DNA of 64,000 nucleotides from Minisyncoccota bacterium (GTDB lineage Bacteria; Patescibacteriota; Minisyncoccia; 2-02-FULL-40-12; GWA2-44-9), in assembly GCA_035620375.1 (NCBI GenBank), contig DASPGX010000006.1, positions 6,156 to 70,155 of the forward strand, in the 5' to 3' direction. Both the position numbers and the translations under genes were made by a program. This document shows, in pieces, positions 54,725-64,000 of this stretch. The notes below the pieces were generated by a model. That model was not told where the DNA came from, ran no database searches, and was given only the letters and a program-made list of their open reading frames with translations. How positions within the stretch are numbered: the stretch's first letter is position 1; each line of letters opens with the position of its first letter.

Positions 54725-56683
54725 TTACTTCGTCGCGTTCAACTCGGCCAGCCACGCGTCGGCCCCGACGTCCGACGGCATCCGCCAGTCCCCGCGCGGG
54801 GAAAGGGCGACCGAGCCGACCTTGGGACCGTCAGGCATCACCGAGCGCTTGAACTGGTTGCCGAAGAACCGCGCGATGAAGACCTTCAGCCATTTTGTGA
54901 TGACCGCCGGGCGGTAGGTGTCCCTGAATGCCTGCTCGGCGAGCCAGCGGACTTTGCGCGGGTCCGAGCCCCAGCGCTGGGAGTGATACAGGAAGAAGTC
55001 GTGCAGTTCGTAGGGGCCGATGATGTCCTCCGTCTTCTGGCCGATGTCCTGGCCGTTCCGGTTCGCCAGTTCCGGCGATACCGGCGTGTCCAGAACGTCC
55101 AGCAGGGCCCGCCGCGCGCGTGAGAATTCCTTCTGTTCGGCCGCCCAGGCGACCACGTAGCGCACAAGCGTCTTGGGAACCGACGCGTTCACGCCGTAGT
55201 GGCTGATGTGGTCGCCGTTGAACGTGCACCATCCCAGAGCGATTTCCGAGAGGTCCCCGGTTCCCACGACGATGCCGCCTTTCTGGTTGGCGCGGTCGAA
55301 CAGCAGCATCGTCCGGTACCGGGCCTGTGCGTTCTCAAACGTAACATCCTCCGTTTTTCCGTCATGGCCCAAATCCGCCAGATGCCGGCGCACGCCCTTG
55401 GTGATGTCGATTTCATCCAGCGTGACGCCGAGCGCGTTGGCCAGCGCGTAGGCATTGCCCTTGGTCCGGCGCGACGTGGCGAATCCCGGCATCGTCAGGC
55501 AGTTGAGGTTCCGCGCCGGAAGACCCGAGATGCGCAATGCGCGGACGGCCACCAATAGCGCGAGCGTGGAATCCAGTCCGCCGGAGAGCCCGAGAACAAG
55601 CTTGCCGGAGCCCGCGACGCGCATCCGGCGCGCAAGGCCGGCAGCCTGTATGGCGAGAATCTCCCGGGCCCGCCGGTCGCGTTCAGCGGGGTCCGACGGA
55701 ACGAACGGATGAGCGTCAATGAATCGCGCCGTCGACGTCTGTGTCGCCGGACGCACGGGAACCTCAATCCGCCGCCACTGCGCGGCGGGAAGATGATGCA
55801 GGCTCTCCTTGAAACTGGTCGTTCTCCGGCGTTCCAGCATCAGGTGCTGGACGTCCACGTCGGTGACCGCCATGGACGGGCCGGGGATGAAGCGCTCGGT
55901 CTGCGCGAGCACCGAGCCGTTCTCGGCGATGACCGCGTGTCCTCCGAACACCACGTCCGTCGTGCTTTCACCGGCACCGCACGACGTGTAGATGTAGGCG
56001 GACATCGTACGCGCGGACTGCTGGCGGATGAGCTCCAGGCGGTAATCCGCCTTACCGACCAAATCATTGGATGCCGAAAGATTAACGATAACCGTCGCTC
56101 CGGCCAGAGCGGCGGCGGTGCTCGGGGGCAGGGGAGCCCACAGGTCCTCGCAAATTTCCACGGCGAGCATCGCGCCGGGCAGCGCGGGTATGTCGAACAG
56201 CAGGTCGGTGCCGACGGGAACATCACGGCCGCCGAAACGGACCGTGTTTTGCGGAAGATCGCGGGCCGAAGCGAACCACCGCTCTTCATAGAACTCCTTA
56301 TAGTTGGGGATGTACGTCTTGGGCACGATTCCGAGCACCCGGCCTCCGTGCAGAATCGCGGCGCAGTTGTACAGCGCCCCGCCGATCTGCAACGGCAAAC
56401 CGACGGCGGTAAGCGCACGGACGCGTGCGGTGCGCCGCGCAAGCTCCGCAAGACCGGCGCGGGACCGGGCGAGCAGGGTCTCCTGGTGGAACAGGTCGCC
56501 CGCCGTATAGCCGGTCAGCGCGAGCTCGGGTAGCACGATGACGGCCGCTCCGGCGTCCGCCGCGCGTTTCACCGCAGCCGCGCAATGCCCGACATTTGCG
56601 GGGACGTCTGCCACGGCGACATCGGGAACGGCGGCGGCGACCCGCAGGAGTCCGAATGCAGTGATGGAATCGCGTATCGGCAT
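54725..56683 (-). CDS. nadE: Glutamine-dependent NAD+ synthetase (nitrilase + synthetase domains, 652 aa)
   Basis: N-terminal CN-hydrolase domain and C-terminal PP-loop (VLGLSGGLDSTLALL). Confidence 0.88.
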   Translation of the reverse strand: MPIRDSITAFGLLRVAAAVPDVAVADVPANVGHCAAAVKRAADAGAAVIVLPELALTGYTAGDLFHQETLLARSRAGLAELARRTARVRALTAVGLPLQIGGALYNCAAILHGGRVLGIVPKTYIPNYKEFYEERWFASARDLPQNTVRFGGRDVPVGTDLLFDIPALPGAMLAVEICEDLWAPLPPSTAAALAGATVIVNLSASNDLVGKADYRLELIRQQSARTMSAYIYTSCGAGESTTDVVFGGHAVIAENGSVLAQTERFIPGPSMAVTDVDVQHLMLERRRTTSFKESLHHLPAAQWRRIEVPVRPATQTSTARFIDAHPFVPSDPAERDRRAREILAIQAAGLARRMRVAGSGKLVLGLSGGLDSTLALLVAVRALRISGLPARNLNCLTMPGFATSRRTKGNAYALANALGVTLDEIDITKGVRRHLADLGHDGKTEDVTFENAQARYRTMLLFDRANQKGGIVVGTGDLSEIALGWCTFNGDHISHYGVNASVPKTLVRYVVAWAAEQKEFSRARRALLDVLDTPVSPELANRNGQDIGQKTEDIIGPYELHDFFLYHSQRWGSDPRKVRWLAEQAFRDTYRPAVITKWLKVFIARFFGNQFKRSVMPDGPKVGSVALSPRGDWRMPSDVGADAWLAELNATK

Positions 56684-56701
56684 AGTGTATTTTATACACT
56701 A
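56683..56701. promoter_or_regulatory. Putative NrtR operator 3: TAGTGTA-tttta-TACACTA overlapping the nadE start codon
   Basis: Same palindrome. The first T of its reverse complement is the A of the nadE ATG. Confidence 0.55.
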
Positions 56702-56893
56702 ATTCTATGCCTGCGGGGCCGGTATGTCAACCCCACACCCATGCGGCCAGATTGCTTCCGGCCGCTCATGAAAAGGACTCGGTTAGTCCTCGCGTCGGTT
56801 GCGCCCGGGCCTGACGAGGTATGCGCACGAAGCATCGGGGCGGCTGGCCGATGGGTGAGGGTCAAGCTCCCGGATTTCTGATAGCATGGGCGC

Positions 56894-58081
56894 ATGGCGA
56901 CGGCTCCCGAACCCGTATTCTCGGTATCCGAATTCCTGGACCTGGTCATTGAACTGCTCGGACAGCGGGACTTTGAGGTTCAGGGAGAGGTGACCGGCGC
57001 GAAATCCCATCCGACCGGATTCTATTTTTCCCTCAAGGACGAGCGGGGCGGGGGCCTCATGGACTGTTACATGAGTCCGTATGCATACCGCGGGGCGGGT
57101 ATCGCGCTGGAGGACGGCATGCTGGTTAAGGTGGGCGGTATCGCCTCCATATACAAACCCAAGGGCCGGTTCTCATTCCGCGTGCAGACCATCCAGTTGG
57201 CGGGAGAGGGGTCGCTGAAGAAGGCGTACGAGGCGCTCAAGAAAAAACTCACGGAAGAGGGATTGTTTGACCGCAAACGGGCCTTGCCGGAATTCATTTC
57301 CCGCGTCGGGCTCATTACTTCTCGGACGGGAGCCGTTATTGACGATTTCCGCCGGAATCTCGCTCCGTTGGGCCTGTCGGTTCTGCATTACGATGTCCGG
57401 GTGGAGGGCGCGCAGGCGGTGCCGCAGGTCAAGCGGGCGCTTGAATGGTTCGGCAGGCATGCCGAACGGGTGGATGCCCTGGTGTTGGTCCGGGGAGGCG
57501 GTTCCATGGAGGACCTGCAGGCGTTTAACGACGAGTACGTGGTCCGCGGGGTATTCGGTTCGCGGGTGCCGACCGTCGTGAGCATCGGCCATGACCGTGA
57601 TGTGCCGCTGGCGCAGATGGCGGCGGACGCCTCGGCATCCACGCCGACGGCGACGGCGCACGTCATTAACGCGAGCTGGGACCGGCTCCGGCGGCTTCCC
57701 GAGACGTCACAAAAATTGGTGTTCGCGTACGACACCGCCCTTTCGGCCGTCCGCGCCGATGTGGGCGGCCATGCGCACCGGCTGGCGACGCAGATGGCGC
57801 GCATCGCCGGCGCGGCGGACCGTATTCAGCAGCGATTAGGTCATGCGCTTGCGCATGTGGGCCACCGCATCGGACATCTTCGCGACGCCGTGGAGCGCCA
57901 CGACAGGTTCCTGGCGTCGGTCAGTCCGGAACGGCAACTCCGGTTGGGGTACAGCATCGTCACGGACGGAGCGGGGTCCGTTATCCGCGATGCGGCACAG
58001 CTGAAGCCGGGACACGCGGTGCGGACGCGCCTGGCAAGGGGGGCTTTCGTTTCGGAGGTGAAAGAATTATCATCGGAATAA
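56894..58081 (+). CDS. xseA: Exodeoxyribonuclease VII large subunit
   Basis: N-terminal OB fold (VSEFLDLVIELL...VQGEVTG), catalytic domain, about 395 aa. Directly followed by xseB. Confidence 0.85.
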   Translation: MATAPEPVFSVSEFLDLVIELLGQRDFEVQGEVTGAKSHPTGFYFSLKDERGGGLMDCYMSPYAYRGAGIALEDGMLVKVGGIASIYKPKGRFSFRVQTIQLAGEGSLKKAYEALKKKLTEEGLFDRKRALPEFISRVGLITSRTGAVIDDFRRNLAPLGLSVLHYDVRVEGAQAVPQVKRALEWFGRHAERVDALVLVRGGGSMEDLQAFNDEYVVRGVFGSRVPTVVSIGHDRDVPLAQMAADASASTPTATAHVINASWDRLRRLPETSQKLVFAYDTALSAVRADVGGHAHRLATQMARIAGAADRIQQRLGHALAHVGHRIGHLRDAVERHDRFLASVSPERQLRLGYSIVTDGAGSVIRDAAQLKPGHAVRTRLARGAFVSEVKELSSE

Positions 58082-58299
58082 TGCCGAAGACAACAGAGAA
58101 AAATGACATCGCCAAGTCGCTCCGGGAACTGGAGCGCATCGTCGCGTGGTTTGACGAACAGGAGCAGGTGGACGTCCAGCAGGGACTGGAGAAGGTTCGT
58201 GAAGGGGCGGTGCTGGTCAAGGAACTCCGCACGCGCCTGAAGGAAGTGGAAAACGAATTCAACGAGGTCAAGAAGGAACTGGAGGATGATGACGAATAA
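58081..58299 (+). CDS. xseB: Exodeoxyribonuclease VII small subunit
   Basis: 72-aa helical protein with LEEALKKLEEIV-type N-terminus (SLRELERIVAWFDEQE). Confidence 0.8.
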   Translation: MPKTTEKNDIAKSLRELERIVAWFDEQEQVDVQQGLEKVREGAVLVKELRTRLKEVENEFNEVKKELEDDDE

Positions 58300-59476
58300 C
58301 CGGTGGGTTATCTCGGGCGTTGCGGCCGTCCTGCTGGGTATCGGCCTGTGGCGCGCCGTCCCGGTTATCCGCGGCATCTGGCCCGCGTGGGGTCCCGCAG
58401 CGCCGGTACCGACGGTTGCGGGCTCGCCGTCTCCTGCGGTTTCCGGTCCGGCATTACCCGTTGCGCCGCTGACGGCCGCTCCCGGCTGGAAGGCTTTCCT
58501 GCTCACCGATGACGTGCCCGGTGCGCGGGACATGGCGCTGGATGCGTTCGGGAACGTCTGGGTGAGTCAGCCTTCCGAGGGAACGGTATCGCTCGTATAT
58601 CTTAAGGACACCAATCCCGGTGTTCCGCCGGTCGTTTCTTCCGTGCTTCGTGACCTGGACCGTCCCCACGGTTTGGTTTTTGACCCGGCAAACGGATTCT
58701 CGCTCTATGTCGCGGAAGTGACCCGCATCATCCGGGTGGCTACGTACGGAGACGGCGCTCCCGAGCATGTCGCCGACCTTCCCGCGGGAGGCCGGCATTT
58801 CACGCGGTCGCTGGCGTTCGGACCCGACGCCCGGCTGTACGTTTCCCTGGGCTCCACTTGCGACGTGTGTTACGAGGCACATCCGGAAATCGCGACCGTC
58901 ATCTCCATGAATCGGGACGGTTCTGACCGGAGGACGGAGGCGACCGGACTGCGCAACGCGGTATTCATCGCGTTCCATCCGCAATTCACGGAATCGTTGT
59001 GGACCACCGAGATGGGACGCGACCGCCTCGGCGACAACCTGCCGCCCGACGAAATCAACGTCATTGACGTGGGAGGCGTCACCGAAGATTACGGTTGGCC
59101 CATCTGCTACGGAAACCACGTGCATGATGCCGACTTTGACAAAAATCAGTACATACGCGACCCGTGCGAGGATACCGTGCCGCCGCTGATTGAGCTTCCC
59201 GCGCACGTCGCTCCTCTGGGTCTGGCATTCCTGGATGACGGCGACCTCTTGGTCGCGTATCACGGCTCGTGGAATTCCACGGTACCGGTCGGGTATAAGG
59301 TCGTGCGGTGGCACTGGGACGGCACCGGCTGGACGTCATCGGATTTTCTGACCGGGTTCCTCCTGAATGGTTCCGCATTCGGACGTCCGGTTGATGTTTT
59401 GCCGATGCCGGACGGTTCCGTGCTTGTTTCCGATGACAAGGCCGGCGCCATCTGGAAAATGATGCGGACCGAATAA
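58286..59476 (+). CDS. PQQ-dependent sugar dehydrogenase-like beta-propeller protein (glucose/sorbosone dehydrogenase family), membrane-anchored
   Basis: N-terminal TM, then motifs DGRLYVSLGS and GWPICYG typical of soluble aldose sugar dehydrogenases. Confidence 0.55.
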   Translation: MMTNNRWVISGVAAVLLGIGLWRAVPVIRGIWPAWGPAAPVPTVAGSPSPAVSGPALPVAPLTAAPGWKAFLLTDDVPGARDMALDAFGNVWVSQPSEGTVSLVYLKDTNPGVPPVVSSVLRDLDRPHGLVFDPANGFSLYVAEVTRIIRVATYGDGAPEHVADLPAGGRHFTRSLAFGPDARLYVSLGSTCDVCYEAHPEIATVISMNRDGSDRRTEATGLRNAVFIAFHPQFTESLWTTEMGRDRLGDNLPPDEINVIDVGGVTEDYGWPICYGNHVHDADFDKNQYIRDPCEDTVPPLIELPAHVAPLGLAFLDDGDLLVAYHGSWNSTVPVGYKVVRWHWDGTGWTSSDFLTGFLLNGSAFGRPVDVLPMPDGSVLVSDDKAGAIWKMMRTE

Positions 59477-60399
59477 TGCCCGAACCTACGCCACAACCGT
59501 CGCCGGAGAAACGGGAGCATCCGGTGATTATGTCATACGGGGAAACGCGCCCCAAAGAAGGCGGCAACGGCATAAATGAGGATGCAATTATCAGCGACGA
59601 TGCGGAACGCTTATACGGCGTATTTGACGGCATGGGCGGGCACGATGCGGGCGAAATTGCATCCGCGGAGGCCGTCAAAGCCGTCCGTGAAGCTGTGGCT
59701 CAGTGGGATACCGTCGTGGACGAGGACGTTTCTGACCTTCCGAATTCACTGGGAAGGGCGCTCGTCCAGGCGCACCGGGCGGTGCGCACCGCGGCAGGAG
59801 GGGGAAACATGGGAACGACGGCATCCGTCGCCAAGCTGGTTGAACGGAGCGACGGTACGTTTGCCGCCGTGGTTTCCACTGTGGGCGACAGTCCAGCGTA
59901 TGTCTGGCGGGCGGAGGCGAAAACGCTTGAGCTTGTCGGCGGAGATGACGACATGCTCGTCGGCGGGGAACTGTATATCCGACTGGGACTCGGGCTGAAG
60001 CCCGCCGAAGCCCTGCCGACGGACGAAGAAATCGGAGAAATCCGCCGTGAGATCAGGAATGCGACAACGGAGGCGGAGCTATCGCCCCGGGCACAGGAGC
60101 TCTGGAAGCGCAGGAACATCGTGGGACAGAATCTCGGCAATGAAGACCACGAGCCGGATCCCCGGAGCCGGCTTGTGGAGCTTGCCAAGGGCGATAAACT
60201 TCTGCTGATGTCCGATGGCATCTCCGACTTCGTGGGCGAGCAGGACATCGCGTCGGCCGCCGCGGGTACCCGGACCCCGAAGGAGCTATCCGTGCTCCTT
60301 GTGGAATCTGCACTCGCTACGAGCCAGGACAAAGCGCAATTTCGGACCACAGGCAAAAATCCGGACGATTTGAGCGTCGTTGTTGTGCAGATATCATGA
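59476..60399 (+). CDS. PP2C-family Ser/Thr protein phosphatase
   Basis: GVFDGMGGHDAGEIAS motif and C-terminal DG..D metal-binding residues. Confidence 0.75.
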   Translation: MPEPTPQPSPEKREHPVIMSYGETRPKEGGNGINEDAIISDDAERLYGVFDGMGGHDAGEIASAEAVKAVREAVAQWDTVVDEDVSDLPNSLGRALVQAHRAVRTAAGGGNMGTTASVAKLVERSDGTFAAVVSTVGDSPAYVWRAEAKTLELVGGDDDMLVGGELYIRLGLGLKPAEALPTDEEIGEIRREIRNATTEAELSPRAQELWKRRNIVGQNLGNEDHEPDPRSRLVELAKGDKLLLMSDGISDFVGEQDIASAAAGTRTPKELSVLLVESALATSQDKAQFRTTGKNPDDLSVVVVQIS

Positions 60400-61106
60400 C
60401 CAAACTTCACCGATTCATCGGCCCCTGGCAGCTGGCGCACGGAAACGTGCGTCTGGACGATGCGGATTTGGCGCATCAGATGCGCTCGGTACTGAAGCTC
60501 AAGGCCGGCGAGACCGTTATTCTGGGCGACGGCACCGGTCAGGAGGCTCACTGCAGCATTCTGTCCTATGAGCGCGACGCGGTGGTCGTCCAGTGTAACA
60601 GCATCGGCCGGAACGCAGCCGAACCGCAGGCGCATCTGGTTCTGTATTGCGCGGTGCTCAAGCATGAGCACTTTGAGCTCGCCGCGGGCAAAGTCACGGA
60701 AATCGGCGCAAGATCCATTGTGCCGGTCATCACGGCGCGCACAGTCAAGCTGAATCTGCGCACGGACCGCGTGGAGCGCATCGTGCGCGAGGCCGCGGAG
60801 CTGGCGGGGCGCGGACTGGTGCCGGAGGTCAGGGACGTCATGACCTTCGACCAGGCGCTTTCGGATGCGCATCACAACGACGCCAACCTGTTTCTGGACC
60901 CCGAAGGCAAGCCGCTGGACCGGCTCGGCGCGGGGAACCGGAAGGTCGGCATCTTTATCGGGCCCGAAGGCGGCTGGGACGAAAACGAGAAGCGTGCCGC
61001 TCACGAATACGGGATGCGCATCATTTCCCTGGGCCCGCTGGTCATGCGTGCCGAGACCGCCGCCGTCGTCGCGGCATATTTGACACTACACACATTGCGT
61101 AGTTAA
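60396..61106 (+). CDS. rsmE: 16S rRNA (uracil1498-N3)-methyltransferase RsmE
   Basis: PUA-like N-terminus (LHRFIGPW), SPOUT C-terminal domain (IFIGPEGGWDENE), about 236 aa. Confidence 0.8.
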   Translation: MTKLHRFIGPWQLAHGNVRLDDADLAHQMRSVLKLKAGETVILGDGTGQEAHCSILSYERDAVVVQCNSIGRNAAEPQAHLVLYCAVLKHEHFELAAGKVTEIGARSIVPVITARTVKLNLRTDRVERIVREAAELAGRGLVPEVRDVMTFDQALSDAHHNDANLFLDPEGKPLDRLGAGNRKVGIFIGPEGGWDENEKRAAHEYGMRIISLGPLVMRAETAAVVAAYLTLHTLRS

Positions 61107-61114
61107 ATATCCGC

Positions 61115-61405
61115 ATGAAGAAGATATATCGCGCCCCGCGTGAGGGCATTCTCGGCGGAGTCGCCGCCGGATTCGCCCAATATTTCGACACGGACCCGGT
61201 GTTCGTCCGTTTGGGCGTCGCGGTGCTGGCCATCGTTACCGAGGTCTGGCCGGTCCTGCTGCTGTACGTATTTTTGTACATCATCATGCCTGTGGATCCG
61301 GCCCAGGAGACGGTCCAATCCAATCAGGAGCCCAAGGACGTGACCCCGGCGGGGGACAGAAAGGAAGAGCCGGTGGAGCGCATGGACTCGGGGCAGAACA
61401 TGTAG
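61115..61405 (+). CDS. PspC-domain membrane protein
   Basis: LYRAPREGILGGVAAGFAQYFDTDPVFVRLGVAV consensus PspC domain followed by a TM. Confidence 0.7.
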   Translation: MKKIYRAPREGILGGVAAGFAQYFDTDPVFVRLGVAVLAIVTEVWPVLLLYVFLYIIMPVDPAQETVQSNQEPKDVTPAGDRKEEPVERMDSGQNM

Positions 61406-61464
61406 GCACGAAAGAGAAAGGGCGATCCCCATGGGGATCGCCCTTTGCGTTCTTCCGTCCGGAC

Positions 61465-61740
61465 TCAGACCGGATGCGCCGGAAACTCGTCCGTGAGCGC
61501 GCTTATCACGCGCCGGAACTCCGTTCCCGCCTCCAGGGTCCGGGTTCGGAACCTGGCGTGCGCCTCCGCCAACCGTACGTTGACGGGGTCGTCTCCCGGG
61601 TCGGTGTCCAGTACTTCGCGCTGAAACTCCTCCAGTGCGCCCTGAGTGACCTTCCGGAACCGGTCCCGGGCACGGATGACCGGGTCTTCTCCGCCGTGCC
61701 GCGCGATGGCGGTCTCCAGCGGTTCGCTTGCGGTGCTCAT
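61465..61740 (-). CDS. Small hypothetical protein (91 aa)
   Basis: Downstream partner (10-nt gap) of a zinc-ribbon micro-protein. Confidence 0.4.
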   Translation of the reverse strand: MSTASEPLETAIARHGGEDPVIRARDRFRKVTQGALEEFQREVLDTDPGDDPVNVRLAEAHARFRTRTLEAGTEFRRVISALTDEFPAHPV

Positions 61741-61749
61741 TGAACCTCC

Positions 61750-61938
61750 TCAGGGCCCCAAGTCCGCGGGACGGAACGTGCCGTCGGCACGGGGAAGGAA
61801 CCCTTCGTCCACCATCCAGTGGTATTCGTCCCCGGCGCACGGAAGGCAGATGCCCCCGTTGTCGTCCAGGTCCGACTTCTTGGTGAACCGCGTGCATTGC
61901 GCGCAACGCGGTTGCTTTCGCTTCTTCCTTGTTGTCAT
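61750..61938 (-). CDS. Zinc-ribbon micro-protein (62 aa, CxxC...CxxC)
   Basis: GGGAGG RBS before ATG 61936-61938 (minus). Four Cys in two CxxC pairs. Confidence 0.45.
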   Translation of the reverse strand: MTTRKKRKQPRCAQCTRFTKKSDLDDNGGICLPCAGDEYHWMVDEGFLPRADGTFRPADLGP

Positions 61939-62019
61939 GGAACCTCCCAGATAACTTTTATTATAGCACAAAATAACTCTAAAATCAACCGCTTTTTGTC
62001 ATGTAAAATCCGTGCGAAA

Positions 62020-62673
62020 ATGGCTGATATGCCGTATACGCCCCGGCCGACGGCGGCACAGAAAAGGCGCGCTGAACGCATCCTTGGCATTCTCAAGAAC
62101 CTGTTCCCCGATGCCGGTATCGTCCTGAATTACCGCACGCCGTGGGAGCTCATGGTCGCCGTCCAGTTGTCCGCCCAATGCACCGACAAGAAAGTGAACG
62201 AGGTCACCGAGAAACTGTTCACGAAGTACCGGAACCTGGACGACTATGTGAACGCGGACGCCGGGGAATTTCAGAAGGATATCTATCAGACCGGTTTCTA
62301 TAAGAATAAGACCAAGAACATTCTCGCCGCCGCGAAAATGGTGAAGAAGGACTTCGGCGGCAAGCTCCCGCGGTCAATGGAAGAGATGCTGAAAATTCCG
62401 GGCGTGGCCCGCAAGACGGCGAACGTTGTGCTCGGCAACGCGTTCGGTGTCGTTGAGGGCATCGCTGTGGATACGCATGTCCTTCGCCTGTCCCGCCAGC
62501 TTGGCCTGACCGTGCATGAGGATCCGGTGAAGGTGGAACGGGACCTGATGGCGCTGTTCCCCGAACAGGAATGGCTCCGGCTGACCTACCGGCTCATTGA
62601 GTACGGACGGAAGTATTCACCGGCACACAAGAAGGACCATAGCGGAGAGCCGCTGGAATCATTGTATGTCTGA
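62020..62673 (+). CDS. nth: Endonuclease III family DNA glycosylase (HhH-GPD) without the C-terminal 4Fe-4S Cys cluster
   Basis: HhH motif LPGVARKTANVVL and catalytic region. Ends without the Cx6CxxCx5C cluster. Confidence 0.75.
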   Translation: MADMPYTPRPTAAQKRRAERILGILKNLFPDAGIVLNYRTPWELMVAVQLSAQCTDKKVNEVTEKLFTKYRNLDDYVNADAGEFQKDIYQTGFYKNKTKNILAAAKMVKKDFGGKLPRSMEEMLKIPGVARKTANVVLGNAFGVVEGIAVDTHVLRLSRQLGLTVHEDPVKVERDLMALFPEQEWLRLTYRLIEYGRKYSPAHKKDHSGEPLESLYV

Positions 62674-64000
62674 ACGGAACAGCCCGGAGAATCACTGGCA
62701 TGCGCGGGGGGCGGACGAGGTGGTCCGCGTATTCGGTTCATCTCCGGACGGGCTGTCCGAGGGCGAGGCCGCAGCCCGCATGGAGCGGTACGGACGGAAT
62801 GAGTTCCCGGAGCACGGACGGGGCGAGTTCCGGGACATCGTCGTCCGCCAGTTCACCGACCCGCTCATTCTCATCCTGTTGGCGGCGGGTGCCGCGTCGT
62901 TCGCTCTGCATGCCCGCGTGGATGCCATCATCATCTTCGGTGCGGTCCTGATTAACGCCGCCATCGGATTTTGGCAGGAATACAAGGTATCCGCCGTGCT
63001 CGCGGAGCTCCGGGGCAAACTCAAATCCAGCGCCACCGTCATCCGCGACGGGCGCGCACATATCGTTGACGCCACGGGCCTGGTCCCCGGGGACATTATC
63101 GCGCTCCGGCAAGGTGAGCGTGTTCCGGCGGACGGACGCGTCATCGCGCAGTCCGGCCTGAAGACCAACGAGGCCGTGCTAACCGGAGAATCCATGCCCG
63201 TCGCCAAGCAGACGGAGCCCGTGGACCGCGATATGGGCGTCAGCGACCAGCACAGTATGGTATTCACCGGTTCGTTGGTCGCCGAGGGAACGGGCACGGT
63301 CGTCGTTACCGGTACGGGGCTGAAGACGGAGTTCGGCGCGATTGCGGGCATGGTGATGCGCGAGCGCGGAAAAGACGTGACCCGTCTGCAGGTACGCATG
63401 CGGAATCTCGCCAAGACGCTCGGTACGGTATTTGTCGTGGTGACGATGGCCCTGTTCGTTGTCGGCGTGGCAACGGGCAGAGATCCTCTCCTGATGCTGC
63501 TGACCGCCGTTGCGACAGCTGTCGCGGCGGTTCCGGAAAGCCTGCCGGTTTCCCTGGGTATCGTGCTTGCCATCGGTGCCCGCCGGATACTGGATCACGG
63601 CGGTCTCGTACGGAAAATGTCGGCCGCCGAATCGCTGGGGAGCGTAACACTCATTGCAACCGACAAGACCGCGACGCTGACCGAGGGCGTTATGGAGGTG
63701 GTACGTCTCGTTTCGCAGGAGGGCACTGAATGGGATGCCGGGGATTTCGGCAAAGCCGTGGCCAGCGACCGCGACCCGCTCCGGGATGTCATTGAACGTC
63801 TGGCGCTCTCCAGCAGTTCGGCGGTGGAGAATCCGTCGGCGCCGCAGACGGAATGGAAGATGAGCGGCACTCCGGTGGACCGGGGAATACTCCGCATGGC
63901 GCTCAAGGCGGGATTGAATCATGAGGAGCTTCCCCGTCGCCGCCGACAGATGGCCGAACTTCCGTTTGATGCGCGCCGGAAGAATTCAGCGGTGGTTTCG
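62666..64000 (+). CDS. P-type cation-transporting ATPase (N-terminal part, continues beyond window)
   Basis: Cation_ATPase_N region, TGES motif (VLTGESMPV), phosphorylation-site region near the window end. No stop within the window. Confidence 0.8.
   Translation, partial: MSERNSPENHWHARGADEVVRVFGSSPDGLSEGEAAARMERYGRNEFPEHGRGEFRDIVVRQFTDPLILILLAAGAASFALHARVDAIIIFGAVLINAAIGFWQEYKVSAVLAELRGKLKSSATVIRDGRAHIVDATGLVPGDIIALRQGERVPADGRVIAQSGLKTNEAVLTGESMPVAKQTEPVDRDMGVSDQHSMVFTGSLVAEGTGTVVVTGTGLKTEFGAIAGMVMRERGKDVTRLQVRMRNLAKTLGTVFVVVTMALFVVGVATGRDPLLMLLTAVATAVAAVPESLPVSLGIVLAIGARRILDHGGLVRKMSAAESLGSVTLIATDKTATLTEGVMEVVRLVSQEGTEWDAGDFGKAVASDRDPLRDVIERLALSSSSAVENPSAPQTEWKMSGTPVDRGILRMALKAGLNHEELPRRRRQMAELPFDARRKNSAVVS

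Noticed and set aside
1-64000. CRISPR arrays, integrases, transposases, restriction-modification or toxin-antitoxin hallmark genes
   Set aside because: I scanned for regularly spaced direct repeats and for recombinase/transposase motifs and saw none. The only repeats are short palindromic terminators and one coding microsatellite.

Overview
This is a 64-kb, high-GC (roughly 60-65%) bacterial chromosomal segment, densely coded on both strands with frequent 1-11 nt gene overlaps and GTG/TTG start codons. The high GC produces many long spurious antisense ORFs in the supplied track.

Supported core genes include parA-parB, a bifunctional Rel/SpoT, dprA-topA, tpiA-pgk, a DHH phosphoesterase, RNase HI, lepA, ftsE-ftsX, a domain-1-less RF2 homologue, gmd, xseA-xseB, rsmE, nth and a partial P-type ATPase. 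The window also holds a cell-surface polysaccharide cluster (initiating sugar-phosphate transferase, two GT4 glycosyltransferases, a DUF4012-like protein), four tRNAs (Leu-CAA, Thr-CGT, Gly-CCC, Gln-CTG) and an RNase P RNA gene (rnpB) on the minus strand.

Three regions stand out:
- **NAD cluster, 48.4-56.7 kb (minus strand):** nadE-nrtR, a GNAT, an ADP-ribosylglycohydrolase, a nucleoside-deoxyribosyltransferase-like/Nudix fusion, pncA-pncB and nadD. Three copies of a 19-bp palindrome TAGTGTA-N5-TACACTA (GT-N7-AC core) sit in front of the operons and are predicted NrtR operators.
- **Envelope module, 35.1-41.9 kb:** a tightly packed module on one strand. It contains two coiled-coil proteins, a membrane-anchored SsuA/NMT1-like binding protein fused to an OmpA-like peptidoglycan-binding domain, a NitT/TauT-type permease and ATPase, a SAM methyltransferase and a secreted DUF4159-like protein. 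This is the best candidate for an undescribed system.
- **Lineage-specific clusters of unknown function:** three overlapping proline-rich/coiled-coil genes at 15.4-19.2 kb, and a Cys-rich envelope gene cluster at 45.4-48.4 kb.

No CRISPR array, integrase or transposase was seen. Gene content (minimal metabolism, many small hypothetical envelope proteins) suggests a reduced-genome high-GC lineage, possibly Patescibacteria/CPR; that is inference only. All coordinates were derived by eye and may be off by a few nucleotides.
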